Below, piece by piece: positions 1 through 8,036 of a stretch of 43,687 bases of DNA. This stretch comes from Minisyncoccia bacterium (lineage in GTDB: Bacteria > Patescibacteriota > Minisyncoccia > Phycocordibacterales > Zambryskibacteraceae): NCBI GenBank assembly GCA_041742965.1, contig JBGTNQ010000005.1, forward strand, positions 1 through 43,687, in the 5' to 3' direction. The position numbers and the translations under genes were made by a program. The notes under the pieces were generated by a model. That model did not search any database and had not been told where the DNA came from. It worked only from the letters and a program-made list of their open reading frames with translations. Positions within the stretch are counted from its first letter, which is position 1, and each line of letters opens with the position of its first letter.

Positions 1-1
1 A

Positions 2-616
2 ATAAATAAATTTTTTACCATCGAATAAATTCGGGTCTTGTATTAATTCAATACTAAATGGGGCTGGCGCATTATTATCATTAGCAACAATTTCTTTCCA
101 TTTATCCTGGGGCTCTGCTTTCTTATCACCAATTAATATCGTAGAAATATTTTTAGTTATATCTACAGATGTACCTAAGCCATCATTTAAATATGCAGTT
201 ATTTTATTTGGAGTAATTGTGAAATTACCAGATTCGTTAATCTTAACTATAATCTTGAAAAGCAGAACCCTGTCACCACTTATGCCCCCAGGAACTCCCC
301 CAACAAAAGAAATCTTGTGACTCTCTTCGAGTGATGGCTTCCTTGGCCATATAGAAAAAACAGAATTCGCTAAAATAATTTCTCGAATTTCAAAATTATC
401 ATTGCGCTCATCAGACAAAGACAGAGATCCATCAATGGAATTTATCGTCTGCCCTTCTGTATTTAAATACACCTCCAATATACTAGTGTCTTCTGCAAAA
501 ACTGCACTGATACTTGAAACATTAATAGTCGCCGAGAAAGCCAAACTAGGAGCAAGTAAGGTAATTAGCAAAAAAACTTTTGAAAGATTATTCATTTTGA
601 AAGATTCGTATTTCAT
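2..616 (-). CDS. Secreted cohesin-like domain protein (3' end runs off the window; not in the ORF track)
   Basis: Manual translation MKYESFKMNNLSKVFLLITLLAPSLAFSATINV...LEVYLNTEGQTINSIDGSL...SVFSIWPRKP...ISFVGGVPGG...AYLNDGLGT is open to the window edge. It has a Sec-type signal and motifs typical of CPR cohesin-domain proteins, and starts 3 nt after the dockerin gene stop. Confidence 0.75.
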   Translation of the reverse strand, partial: MKYESFKMNNLSKVFLLITLLAPSLAFSATINVSSISAVFAEDTSILEVYLNTEGQTINSIDGSLSLSDERNDNFEIREIILANSVFSIWPRKPSLEESHKISFVGGVPGGISGDRVLLFKIIVKINESGNFTITPNKITAYLNDGLGTSVDITKNISTILIGDKKAEPQDKWKEIVANDNNAPAPFSIELIQDPNLFDGKKFIY

Positions 617-619
617 GTT

Positions 620-3046
620 CTATAAAGGTTTTTTACCCCATTGATAAAGCATAATAGAGAAATCAACCGAATCAACCTTATTATCTTTATTTATATCTAC
701 ACATGGATTTTTAAATGGAGAACTTGTTTTCCAGAAGAAAAGTAGGATTGAGAAATCGGTAGAATTCACTAAACTATCTTTATTAAAATCGGCACCATTG
801 CAAGATCCCTCGGTTACCGCTGGTACACCACCTCCCCCTCCACCACCACCGCCACTGCCACTAGGGGGTGGGGTGGAAGAAGGGACGGTAAATACTCTAG
901 ATGCTCCAGAACGTTCGGTACCGAAGTACACTACTAATTTAAAATAATATGTACCAGCCGTAGAAACTGCGGCCGACAAACTTGTATTCCAATCTTCGCC
1001 AGGATTTATGTATTTTGCGGCTGAAGCATAATATGCATCATCATTGCCACCACATTGATTATTTAAATCAGAAACCACACACCATTCATATTGATATTCA
1101 TAACCGGTCAGGCCTTCGTTTGTAATTGTCACATTACCTAAAATGTTACTAATACTATTCACAGTCACAGAGTTTATTAACACTTGAGCCGGTGAACCGG
1201 AGACTTCCCAATAATCATTGGTTTGAACTATTTTTCCACTCTCAACTTCAGTAGAAATAAGTGTCTCCCAAAGTCCTTGGGCCGCTGCACTGTTTACAGA
1301 ATATGTATATTCATAGACTCCAGTACTTACTAAAGTCATGGCCACACCAGACACAACTACATTTCGATCCACATCATAAAGTGTTACCGTGGGCGTAGCA
1401 AAGGGCGCGGCTGGAGTTGCACTGCCATCTAAAATAAATATTTTTGCTCTATAAACCTTACCCGTTTGCACTCGCTCTATATTACTCATTTTGACAGACC
1501 AAGTATCTGCTCCAGATACAGCAGAAACTGCAACATCAAGATTTGAAGTCACCTGTTCACCAATAGAACCAATGGTGGTTAGTGTTGAAGATAAAACATT
1601 CCAAACATCTGCAGCTGTAATGTCATTACCATAGTTAGAAAGTGTTCTAGTGCCATTTGCCCAGACCGCTGCGGCTACTGCAGAAGTGGAATAGTCAGAA
1701 AGTGTTCGGGTTGCCGAAGCCCAGACATCAGCCGCAGTTAGGTTGCTTGTACCTCGAGTGGAAACTTGAGTATCTAAATTATCTACCACCAATTTCCCAA
1801 TACTACCAATGGCCGTAAGACCAGATGTTGCACTGTCCCAAATGGCATCAACGGAGGCATTTGAAATATCTACATTAGAAGTTAAACTCCTCGTTCCAGC
1901 AGCCCAGACATCAGTAGCTGAGATGTTATTAAGCGCAGCAACTGCAGTTAATACATCAGAAATTTGTGCGTCTATGTTTGTAGCCACCTGTTCACCAATA
2001 GAGCCAGTGGTGGTTAGTGTTGAAGATAAAACATTCCAAACATCTGCAGCTGTAATGTCATTACCATAGTTAGAAAGTGTTCTAGTGCCATTTGCCCAGA
2101 CTCCAGCTACGACAGCATCTACGCCCGTAGTCGATAGTGTTCGGGTTGCCGAAGCCCAGACATCAGCCGCAGTTAGGTTGCTTGTACCTCGAGTGGAAAC
2201 TTGAGTATCTAAATTATCAATTACTAATTTACCAATGCCACCAAAAGAGGTGATGCTTGATGTTGCTCTATCCCAAATCGCTCCCACGGACGCACTGTCT
2301 ATAGTAACGCTTCCAGAATTAATGGAACGGGTTCCATAAGCCCAAACATCAGCTGCAGAAATATTATTTAAAGCATTTATTAAGGCTTTATTTGCGTGAA
2401 TCTCTGCTATAACCGTCACATCAGATGCGTCAATATAACTCTCTGTTGCAAGAGAGCCTCCACCCGAAATATTATTAGTTGTTAGCTGTCGAGTGGGAGC
2501 GAAAGTGTTATTCCAAATATCAGCCGCCAGAGCTCCAAATGAAGTTAACGTACGGCTTCCACTTCCCCAAACACTGGCCGCAGTATCAACGACCAACGTA
2601 CCAAAAGACGTCAATGTTCGTGTTCCGTTTGCCCAAACAGAAGAAGCAATAGAGGCATCGGTCACTACTGGGTTTCTTAAAATAAAAGACTTATCTAATT
2701 TTAATAGATCACCACCTATAAGTGTTCCGCAAGTGATAAAAGTAGGATATTTCCCTTCAACTCCTGGTGTAGCATAAGAATAATAATGCCAACCAGTCGC
2801 AACCGCAGTCATGACCACCTCGTTTACAAGCACTACACCCGCTGGAGAGTAAATAGAAATAGTGCAATCGTCGGTTGTGGGTGTGTAATCATCCTCATAT
2901 ATAAATTCCCCTATAACAACAGTGTCTCCAGGAACATATACTTCGGTAGCATAAACAGTGTTTGCGGAGAAAATTGCAAATATCAAAAAAATACTCGTAC
3001 CAAACAAAACACAAATTATTTTATTTTTTAAATTATTTATTATCAC
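620..3046 (-). CDS. Large secreted protein: Sec signal, Ig-like domains, Trp-containing (DVWxxxTRTL) repeats, Pro/Gly linker, C-terminal dockerin type I-like domain
   Basis: Signal peptide ends at VYA. Many A-D/A-VW-x3-TRTLS repeats. Paired EF-hand-like motifs DFNKDSLVNSTDF and DINKDNKVDSVDF follow PPPSGSGGGGGGGG. Confidence 0.8.
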   Translation of the reverse strand: MIINNLKNKIICVLFGTSIFLIFAIFSANTVYATEVYVPGDTVVIGEFIYEDDYTPTTDDCTISIYSPAGVVLVNEVVMTAVATGWHYYSYATPGVEGKYPTFITCGTLIGGDLLKLDKSFILRNPVVTDASIASSVWANGTRTLTSFGTLVVDTAASVWGSGSRTLTSFGALAADIWNNTFAPTRQLTTNNISGGGSLATESYIDASDVTVIAEIHANKALINALNNISAADVWAYGTRSINSGSVTIDSASVGAIWDRATSSITSFGGIGKLVIDNLDTQVSTRGTSNLTAADVWASATRTLSTTGVDAVVAGVWANGTRTLSNYGNDITAADVWNVLSSTLTTTGSIGEQVATNIDAQISDVLTAVAALNNISATDVWAAGTRSLTSNVDISNASVDAIWDSATSGLTAIGSIGKLVVDNLDTQVSTRGTSNLTAADVWASATRTLSDYSTSAVAAAVWANGTRTLSNYGNDITAADVWNVLSSTLTTIGSIGEQVTSNLDVAVSAVSGADTWSVKMSNIERVQTGKVYRAKIFILDGSATPAAPFATPTVTLYDVDRNVVVSGVAMTLVSTGVYEYTYSVNSAAAQGLWETLISTEVESGKIVQTNDYWEVSGSPAQVLINSVTVNSISNILGNVTITNEGLTGYEYQYEWCVVSDLNNQCGGNDDAYYASAAKYINPGEDWNTSLSAAVSTAGTYYFKLVVYFGTERSGASRVFTVPSSTPPPSGSGGGGGGGGGVPAVTEGSCNGADFNKDSLVNSTDFSILLFFWKTSSPFKNPCVDINKDNKVDSVDFSIMLYQWGKKPL
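1550..2218. repeat. Intragenic direct repeat, 435-bp (145-aa) period
   Basis: Approximately 1573-1666 matches 2008-2101, and approximately 1701-1783 matches 2136-2218, essentially exactly at DNA level. Confidence 0.9.
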
Positions 3047-3106
3047 AAATGCATCGTGAAAAATAAAAATGCATTATCAAAAATATAAAGTTGAATCTAT
3101 CAAAAT

Positions 3107-3280
3107 CTATTTTTTATCTTGATTATTGATACCACCCTTATCATTGTCTTTTAAAATACCTGTCAAATTCTTAAGGGCCTGAACTAAGTTCTTTGCAAGC
3201 TCGGGTATTTTTTTAGCTCCAAACAAAAGCACAATAACAACAGCTATAATTATGATTTCTTTTGGTCCTAATCCAAACAT
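3107..3280 (-). CDS. tatA: Twin-arginine translocase TatA/TatE family subunit (copy 1, 57 aa)
   Basis: MFGLGPKEIIIIAVVIVLLFGAKKIPELAK: polar E8, FG hinge and amphipathic helix. The true start is the ATG at 3280, not 3328. Confidence 0.9.
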   Translation of the reverse strand: MFGLGPKEIIIIAVVIVLLFGAKKIPELAKNLVQALKNLTGILKDNDKGGINNQDKK

Positions 3281-3296
3281 ATGATTTAACGAAATT

Positions 3297-3328
3297 GTGA
3301 CGCGCAACTGTCTTTTTTGGCGCGACAC
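3297..3328 (-). promoter_or_regulatory. Inverted repeat upstream of tatA copy 1
   Basis: GTGACGCGC-N14-GCGCGACAC, 16 nt upstream of the ATG. Confidence 0.6.
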
Positions 3329-3353
3329 TCATTCGAAATTAAATTAATAAATA

Positions 3354-3509
3354 TTATTTCTTTTCCTCATCAGCATCTTTAAATGCCCCGAAAATGTGCC
3401 GTACTGCATCAGCGATTGCTTTTGTGAGTTCGGGAATTTTCTTTGACCCAAAAAGGAGCACGATAAGCACAACTACTATTATGATTTCTTTTGGTCCTAA
3501 TCCAAACAT
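3354..3509 (-). CDS. tatA: Twin-arginine translocase TatA/TatE family subunit (copy 2, 51 aa; missed by the ORF track)
   Basis: Manual translation MFGLGPKEIIIVVVLIVLLFGSKKIPELTKAIADAVRHIFGAFKDADEEKK. The first 11 codons are shared with copy 1. Confidence 0.9.
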   Translation of the reverse strand: MFGLGPKEIIIVVVLIVLLFGSKKIPELTKAIADAVRHIFGAFKDADEEKK

Positions 3510-3525
3510 ATGATTTTGCTAAATC

Positions 3526-3557
3526 GTGTCGCATAACCTTGACGCAAAATGCGACAC
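3526..3557 (-). promoter_or_regulatory. Inverted repeat upstream of tatA copy 2
   Basis: GTGTCGCAT-N14-ATGCGACAC, 16 nt upstream of the ATG. Confidence 0.6.
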
Positions 3558-3568
3558 TTATTATATTT

Positions 3569-4300
3569 TTAAGTTAGTAAATTACGACCATTATTATTTT
3601 TTCTATTCAAAAAAACCGTAAGCTCAAAGAGCAAGACTAATGGCGCCGCCATTAGTATTAATGATAGACCATCAGTTGGTGGAAGTAAAGATACTAGGAT
3701 GAACACCACCACAAAAGCGTGCCTTCTTTTTGAACGCAAAAAATTAACACTTACAATTCCTAAACGCATTAAGAAGGTTAATATCAAGGGGAAAGTAAAA
3801 AGTAGTCCCAGAAGAGAGGATGTCAAAACTATTTGTGAGACAAATTTAGTTATGTCCCAATAGTTTGCAATACCAATACTAGCATTTACTTTTGCCATTA
3901 ATTTTATACCGTAATAAAGCATCCCTCCCCCATACAAAAATCCAAAAATAAATAATAGTAATCCGAGAGGAAGCGACAATACAAATATTTTTCTTTCAGC
4001 TTTTAGTAATCCCGGTTTCAAAAAAGAATATAGGTGATAAATAAATATTGGCAAGGTAATGATGCAGGCAGAAAAGAAGCCCACACTCATTGCAAATTCT
4101 ATCAACTGGAATGGTGAAGTCGTAACTATAGTAACATCAGTAATATTAAAATAAGCTATGAAAAAACGAATGACTGGAGTAGTGACAAGAAAACCAATTA
4201 TAAAACAAATTACAAAAACTTTAGTAAGAAAAAGGAGCTTGGCTCGTAATTCTTCGAAATATACACCATATTTAGCAAGACTTCTTTGAAAATTATTCAC
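3569..4300 (-). CDS. tatC: Twin-arginine translocase subunit TatC
   Basis: YFEELRAKLL, SPFQ, YSFLKPGLLKAERK and LLPPTDGLSLILMAAPLVLLFE motifs; about 6 TM segments. Likely GTG start at 4300, just after the upstream ORF stop. Confidence 0.92.
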   Translation of the reverse strand: MNNFQRSLAKYGVYFEELRAKLLFLTKVFVICFIIGFLVTTPVIRFFIAYFNITDVTIVTTSPFQLIEFAMSVGFFSACIITLPIFIYHLYSFLKPGLLKAERKIFVLSLPLGLLLFIFGFLYGGGMLYYGIKLMAKVNASIGIANYWDITKFVSQIVLTSSLLGLLFTFPLILTFLMRLGIVSVNFLRSKRRHAFVVVFILVSLLPPTDGLSLILMAAPLVLLFELTVFLNRKNNNGRNLLT

Positions 4301-4304
4301 GGTG

Positions 4305-4481
4305 CTACTCAGACATAATAAAAACATTACCACCTGCGGTCGGTGCTTCTAAAAGCAAATATTGCGTACTATTGGTTTCAACCAAAATATCAGCCAAAAG
4401 ACCAGCATAAACAGCAGAAGGTATTTCTATAATGAAGTCCTGTCCTTCACCCTCTTGATAATTTATATCTTCAAGCGCCAT
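4305..4481 (-). CDS. Small acidic hypothetical protein (58 aa; missed by the ORF track)
   Basis: MALEDINYQEGEGQDFIIEIPSAVYAGLLADILVETNSTQYLLLEAPTAGGNVFIMSE exactly fills the gap, with 5-nt and 4-nt spacing to its neighbours. Confidence 0.75.
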   Translation of the reverse strand: MALEDINYQEGEGQDFIIEIPSAVYAGLLADILVETNSTQYLLLEAPTAGGNVFIMSE

Positions 4482-4486
4482 AAATT

Positions 4487-5119
4487 TTAACCTATTTTTC
4501 TTTTAACCTTTCTTTTAATCATACTAACGGGTTCTTCGGTTGTAATAACCTCTGGGGCAACCACATCTTCTATTGCGGGGATATTTTCAGGCAAAACTTC
4601 TTGTTCAATTACTTCTTCTGGTATAGGTTCGACAATAGTTTCATTTTCTACAGGCACATTTTCTTCAGGCATATTTTCTACAGGCACATTTTCTTCAATC
4701 GGTTTTTCAATTTCTTCTATTGACCTTTCTTTTTCTTCAATAAACTTTTCAGTATCTACCATTTGATTTTCCATATTTTCTTTTTCGGCATTCAGTGTTT
4801 GGTTTAAGGATTCTGGTTCGAGGGTACCATTATTCATTTTAGCCAAAAGTTCGTTGTTCATTCGTACATAAGACGCAGAAGTATGAGTAGAGTTAGGGTC
4901 AATCTCAAGTATAGTATTGCCTAATTCAATGTGGTCATTATAAAGATACACCAACCCGCCATATATTATAAATTGCGCCTGAAAAGCCCCCGCTATAAAG
5001 TCGGGATTTTTAATATCATAAAACTCAATCAGGGCTGTGTCTTCATAGTCTCCAGTCGCTGTAGCCACTCGTAGATTTTCATTCTCAGCAATTATTTGAT
5101 CTTTTATAATATGAATCAT
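4487..5119 (-). CDS. Hypothetical protein with Glu/Pro-rich acidic C-terminal region and basic tail
   Basis: 210-aa ORF in the operon. A 30-bp-period duplication at 4643-4697 encodes EENVPVEN twice; the protein ends KRKVKRKIG. Confidence 0.75.
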   Translation of the reverse strand: MIHIIKDQIIAENENLRVATATGDYEDTALIEFYDIKNPDFIAGAFQAQFIIYGGLVYLYNDHIELGNTILEIDPNSTHTSASYVRMNNELLAKMNNGTLEPESLNQTLNAEKENMENQMVDTEKFIEEKERSIEEIEKPIEENVPVENMPEENVPVENETIVEPIPEEVIEQEVLPENIPAIEDVVAPEVITTEEPVSMIKRKVKRKIG

Positions 5120-5120
5120 A

Positions 5121-7250
5121 TTAATTTTGCGTGAGTAATGCTCTTACTTTTATATCATCAGCCAAAGCGAGTGGTGTATAACGAATATAAGTAATGTCAT
5201 TTGCTTTATCATTAGAATTATAGGCGCCCCAGGTGGCTCCATCGTCCGTTGATTTTTCCCAAACACCCGCTGGACTTACTGTAGTATCGTCTACTAAAGG
5301 CCCAGAGCCTGTTACTGCATCGTACAATCGAACCCTAAGCTCTGGGACAGTACCACCGAATGCGGTGGAGAATCTCCAAGCAAAAGTCTTTCCTACTGTA
5401 GATGATTGGGCTACTGATGGCTGATAGTGAGAATCTGTTGTATTGTCTTCATAAACCAAAGATAAACTATATATTCTTGCCGGAATACAAGTAGTACCTA
5501 GTATTCTAAATTCAAACATAAATTGAATTTCTGTAGATGGAACCAAGTAAGCCAAATCCCCAGAATCTTCTATAATTACCCATGATCCTGTATTATCATC
5601 TATGCCATTCAGTCGATAGTACATTCTAAACGGCTCCAAAGACATACCTAGTGTTCCATTGCCAAGCATTCTTTCGCTGTCTACATACAATTTTGAGTAA
5701 GAAATTGCATTAGGAGTCAACATCTTTGGAGTAATCAATTGCTGATTAAAAGTTCCTGACGCATAAGCCCAGTGTGCACCAATAGGTAGAGAGTATATTT
5801 GATTTAATGTAGCAGCTGTTCCGTTTCTACATAAAAAACCAATTCCATTTTCAACCCAAGCTGAAAAAACAGATGCATTAATAGAAGGGTGAACAACTGC
5901 ATCAGAATCTGCTGTATTCTGGTCAAGCTGCTTATCTTCAGCTAAAAATATATGGTCAAATTGTTCTCCTGATGTTTGGTACCTCGTTACATAGCTTCTG
6001 ACACCAGCAGCCCCAGAACTCATTACAATAAGTCTATCAATCGTGTCACTTACTTCTACAGAGCTAAGGGCATTAGTTAATGCATATGTTGTTGATCCCC
6101 CCGGTGGGTTTTCTGTCATTGAATCTGATTGCCAAGTGGTGTTACCACTAGTTATATTAACCAATTCAGCTCTAAAGACACGAGAGACTGTAACGAAATA
6201 TAAACACTTCACGCCAACACCTGGGCCATGATTTAGTGTGCCTATTCTTCCATTATTTATCTGTGTTACTACGGTTGCGGGGTTTTGCGCACCTGTAACT
6301 AAAACAAAACCACTAGTTGTTTTACCCGAAGCTATAGATGTTAAAGGGGCACGAATGTTATATTTATAAACTCTGCAGGTTGTCGTGGTTCCATCAATTA
6401 CATAAATATATTGTTGTGTCCAAGAATCTTTTTCATCAATAGCAAGACCACAAGAGATTGTATTCGTAACCGTTCCCGCATCAGCAAGCCAATAAACAGC
6501 TCTTATATTGTCTATTGTAGTAGCTGCTGGTATGGTAGTCCCACCGGGCGCAAAAGCCAGTGGTTGTAAACCTTTCACTAAGAAAACACCACCATTTGTT
6601 AATGTGGCATTTGTTGTGGATACTGCAATACTTAAATCTTCAATTACGTAATCTCCACTAGCTATTATTCCAGCATCTGTTGTAAGTGTTATGCCCGTAT
6701 TAGAATTAATACTTGAAATTTCATACCATGTAGATATTTGTGCTGCGTCAGTAGAACCAAAACCGATTCTGCACCCCACTGATAAACCACTATCAGCCCA
6801 TGCTGTGCCTACTCCCGTTACTGTTGTTCCGTTTACCGAGGCAGTACCTGTAGTATATAATTCTCTTGCCACTCTAAAACCTCTTATTGTATGAGCAGTT
6901 GCTGTCGGAAAGGTTAGTGTTATAAAACCATTCCACTCAAAAGCACTAGAAGAAACTACATATTCATACATTACTATTCTTCTTGTCGCTGCCGCAGTAG
7001 AGTTTTCTGAAAGAAAAATCCAATATTTATCATCACTAAGTTTAAGTACATGGGGGTATGCCGAAGCAATAGGAACACCTGCCTCCATTGGTCTTCCTAT
7101 GCCAATTTTCATTGGACCGGCAAATTTATCAACGGACGTGGCACCTGTATACTGCTTTATTAAATCACCAAGCATCGTTTTTGTTGCATCATAAGAAGAA
7201 TACGGAACCGTATCTCCTGTAAAAAAATGTTCTGCTGCTCTTTTTGCCAT
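5121..7250 (-). CDS. Large beta-rich hypothetical protein without signal peptide; phage-structural-like motif
   Basis: Likely start MAKRAAEHFF at 7250, 4 nt after the upstream stop. Thr/Ser/Gly-rich. YTTGTASVNGTTVTGVGTAW resembles motifs of tail-fibre/baseplate proteins. Confidence 0.75.
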   Translation of the reverse strand: MAKRAAEHFFTGDTVPYSSYDATKTMLGDLIKQYTGATSVDKFAGPMKIGIGRPMEAGVPIASAYPHVLKLSDDKYWIFLSENSTAAATRRIVMYEYVVSSSAFEWNGFITLTFPTATAHTIRGFRVARELYTTGTASVNGTTVTGVGTAWADSGLSVGCRIGFGSTDAAQISTWYEISSINSNTGITLTTDAGIIASGDYVIEDLSIAVSTTNATLTNGGVFLVKGLQPLAFAPGGTTIPAATTIDNIRAVYWLADAGTVTNTISCGLAIDEKDSWTQQYIYVIDGTTTTCRVYKYNIRAPLTSIASGKTTSGFVLVTGAQNPATVVTQINNGRIGTLNHGPGVGVKCLYFVTVSRVFRAELVNITSGNTTWQSDSMTENPPGGSTTYALTNALSSVEVSDTIDRLIVMSSGAAGVRSYVTRYQTSGEQFDHIFLAEDKQLDQNTADSDAVVHPSINASVFSAWVENGIGFLCRNGTAATLNQIYSLPIGAHWAYASGTFNQQLITPKMLTPNAISYSKLYVDSERMLGNGTLGMSLEPFRMYYRLNGIDDNTGSWVIIEDSGDLAYLVPSTEIQFMFEFRILGTTCIPARIYSLSLVYEDNTTDSHYQPSVAQSSTVGKTFAWRFSTAFGGTVPELRVRLYDAVTGSGPLVDDTTVSPAGVWEKSTDDGATWGAYNSNDKANDITYIRYTPLALADDIKVRALLTQN

Positions 7251-7254
7251 AAAT

Positions 7255-7923
7255 TTATACTTCCAAATAATCGATGTTAATTTGCACTGTGGTTGTGCCA
7301 GATATGACGCAGTATAACACTTCATTTACCCCGCCTTCAATATAATTTGGGTGGTTATTTGCACCATAAAGCCCTCCGGTCTTTGGTGAGACATATTTTT
7401 CGTGATCTGTACCTCCTGCAGAAAACCTGAAAGACACGGAAGTAGCATCTGCGTTCAAAGAAAAACGTGACGCATATACTCGTATTTTTTTACCAGACGC
7501 AGGAGTAAGAACGTTTCCTGACACAGACAAACTAATGGACAACTTCTCTACGCCCTGACCCTCAATGATGGAATTCAACGTCTCTTCTGTCGCAGGATTA
7601 ATCCTAGTATTGCTGTCATTCTTGAGGCCAACTACATTTGACGTGGGAGTACTTCCCGCAACATAAGCATTAACTGATTTAGGAAGTAGAGTGGAGGCAG
7701 CCAATCCAAGTCCAGCCACTCCGGCTACTTTTAGAAACAATCTTTTATTATCGTCTACAGATGCATTGTCGGTTTTAGTTACTATTTCAATTTTTTTTTC
7801 TTTCTTTGATACTTTAAGGTTTTTTTCTTTTTTATAAATTCCATCAACTCGAAGTGTCGAAAAACTACTTTTTTTAAAAGCTTTTTTTGATTTAAGATCT
7901 AAATAGTCTTTTGCGTCAGTCAT
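7255..7923 (-). CDS. Putative Tat substrate with internal KR-type twin-arginine signal
   Basis: Residues 59-86 are NKRLFLKVAGVAGLGLAASTLLPKSVNA, after a Lys-rich 58-aa n-region. First gene of the tatC/tatA operon. Confidence 0.7.
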   Translation of the reverse strand: MTDAKDYLDLKSKKAFKKSSFSTLRVDGIYKKEKNLKVSKKEKKIEIVTKTDNASVDDNKRLFLKVAGVAGLGLAASTLLPKSVNAYVAGSTPTSNVVGLKNDSNTRINPATEETLNSIIEGQGVEKLSISLSVSGNVLTPASGKKIRVYASRFSLNADATSVSFRFSAGGTDHEKYVSPKTGGLYGANNHPNYIEGGVNEVLYCVISGTTTVQINIDYLEV

Positions 7924-8036
7924 ATGCTATCCGTAAAAGATTAATTCTACTACCTTAAAATATTAGCACAATAAACAATGTTAATAGAACGACTTTATTA
8001 GCCACTGTTTTTTATCAAAGAAAATAGGGTCGACTT

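Noticed and set aside
1550-2218. CRISPR array or DGR template/variable repeat pair
   Set aside because: The repeats are in-frame coding duplications within one gene. There are no spacers, cas genes or reverse transcriptase, and no adenine-specific mismatch pattern was evident.
3107-3328. ORF-track N-terminal extension of tatA (also the extensions of tatC, tag, ddl, tgt, FKBP and the 734-aa ORF)
   Set aside because: Family N-termini, operon spacing and adjacent -10 boxes point to downstream starts.
7791-7799. Poly-T run as a phase-variation site in the Tat-signal gene
   Set aside because: A/T homopolymers are frequent in this AT-rich, Lys-rich sequence, and the frame is intact.
620-7923. Prophage
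   Set aside because: No terminase, portal, capsid, integrase or lysis genes; the genes are interleaved with tatAC and Sec-signal proteins.
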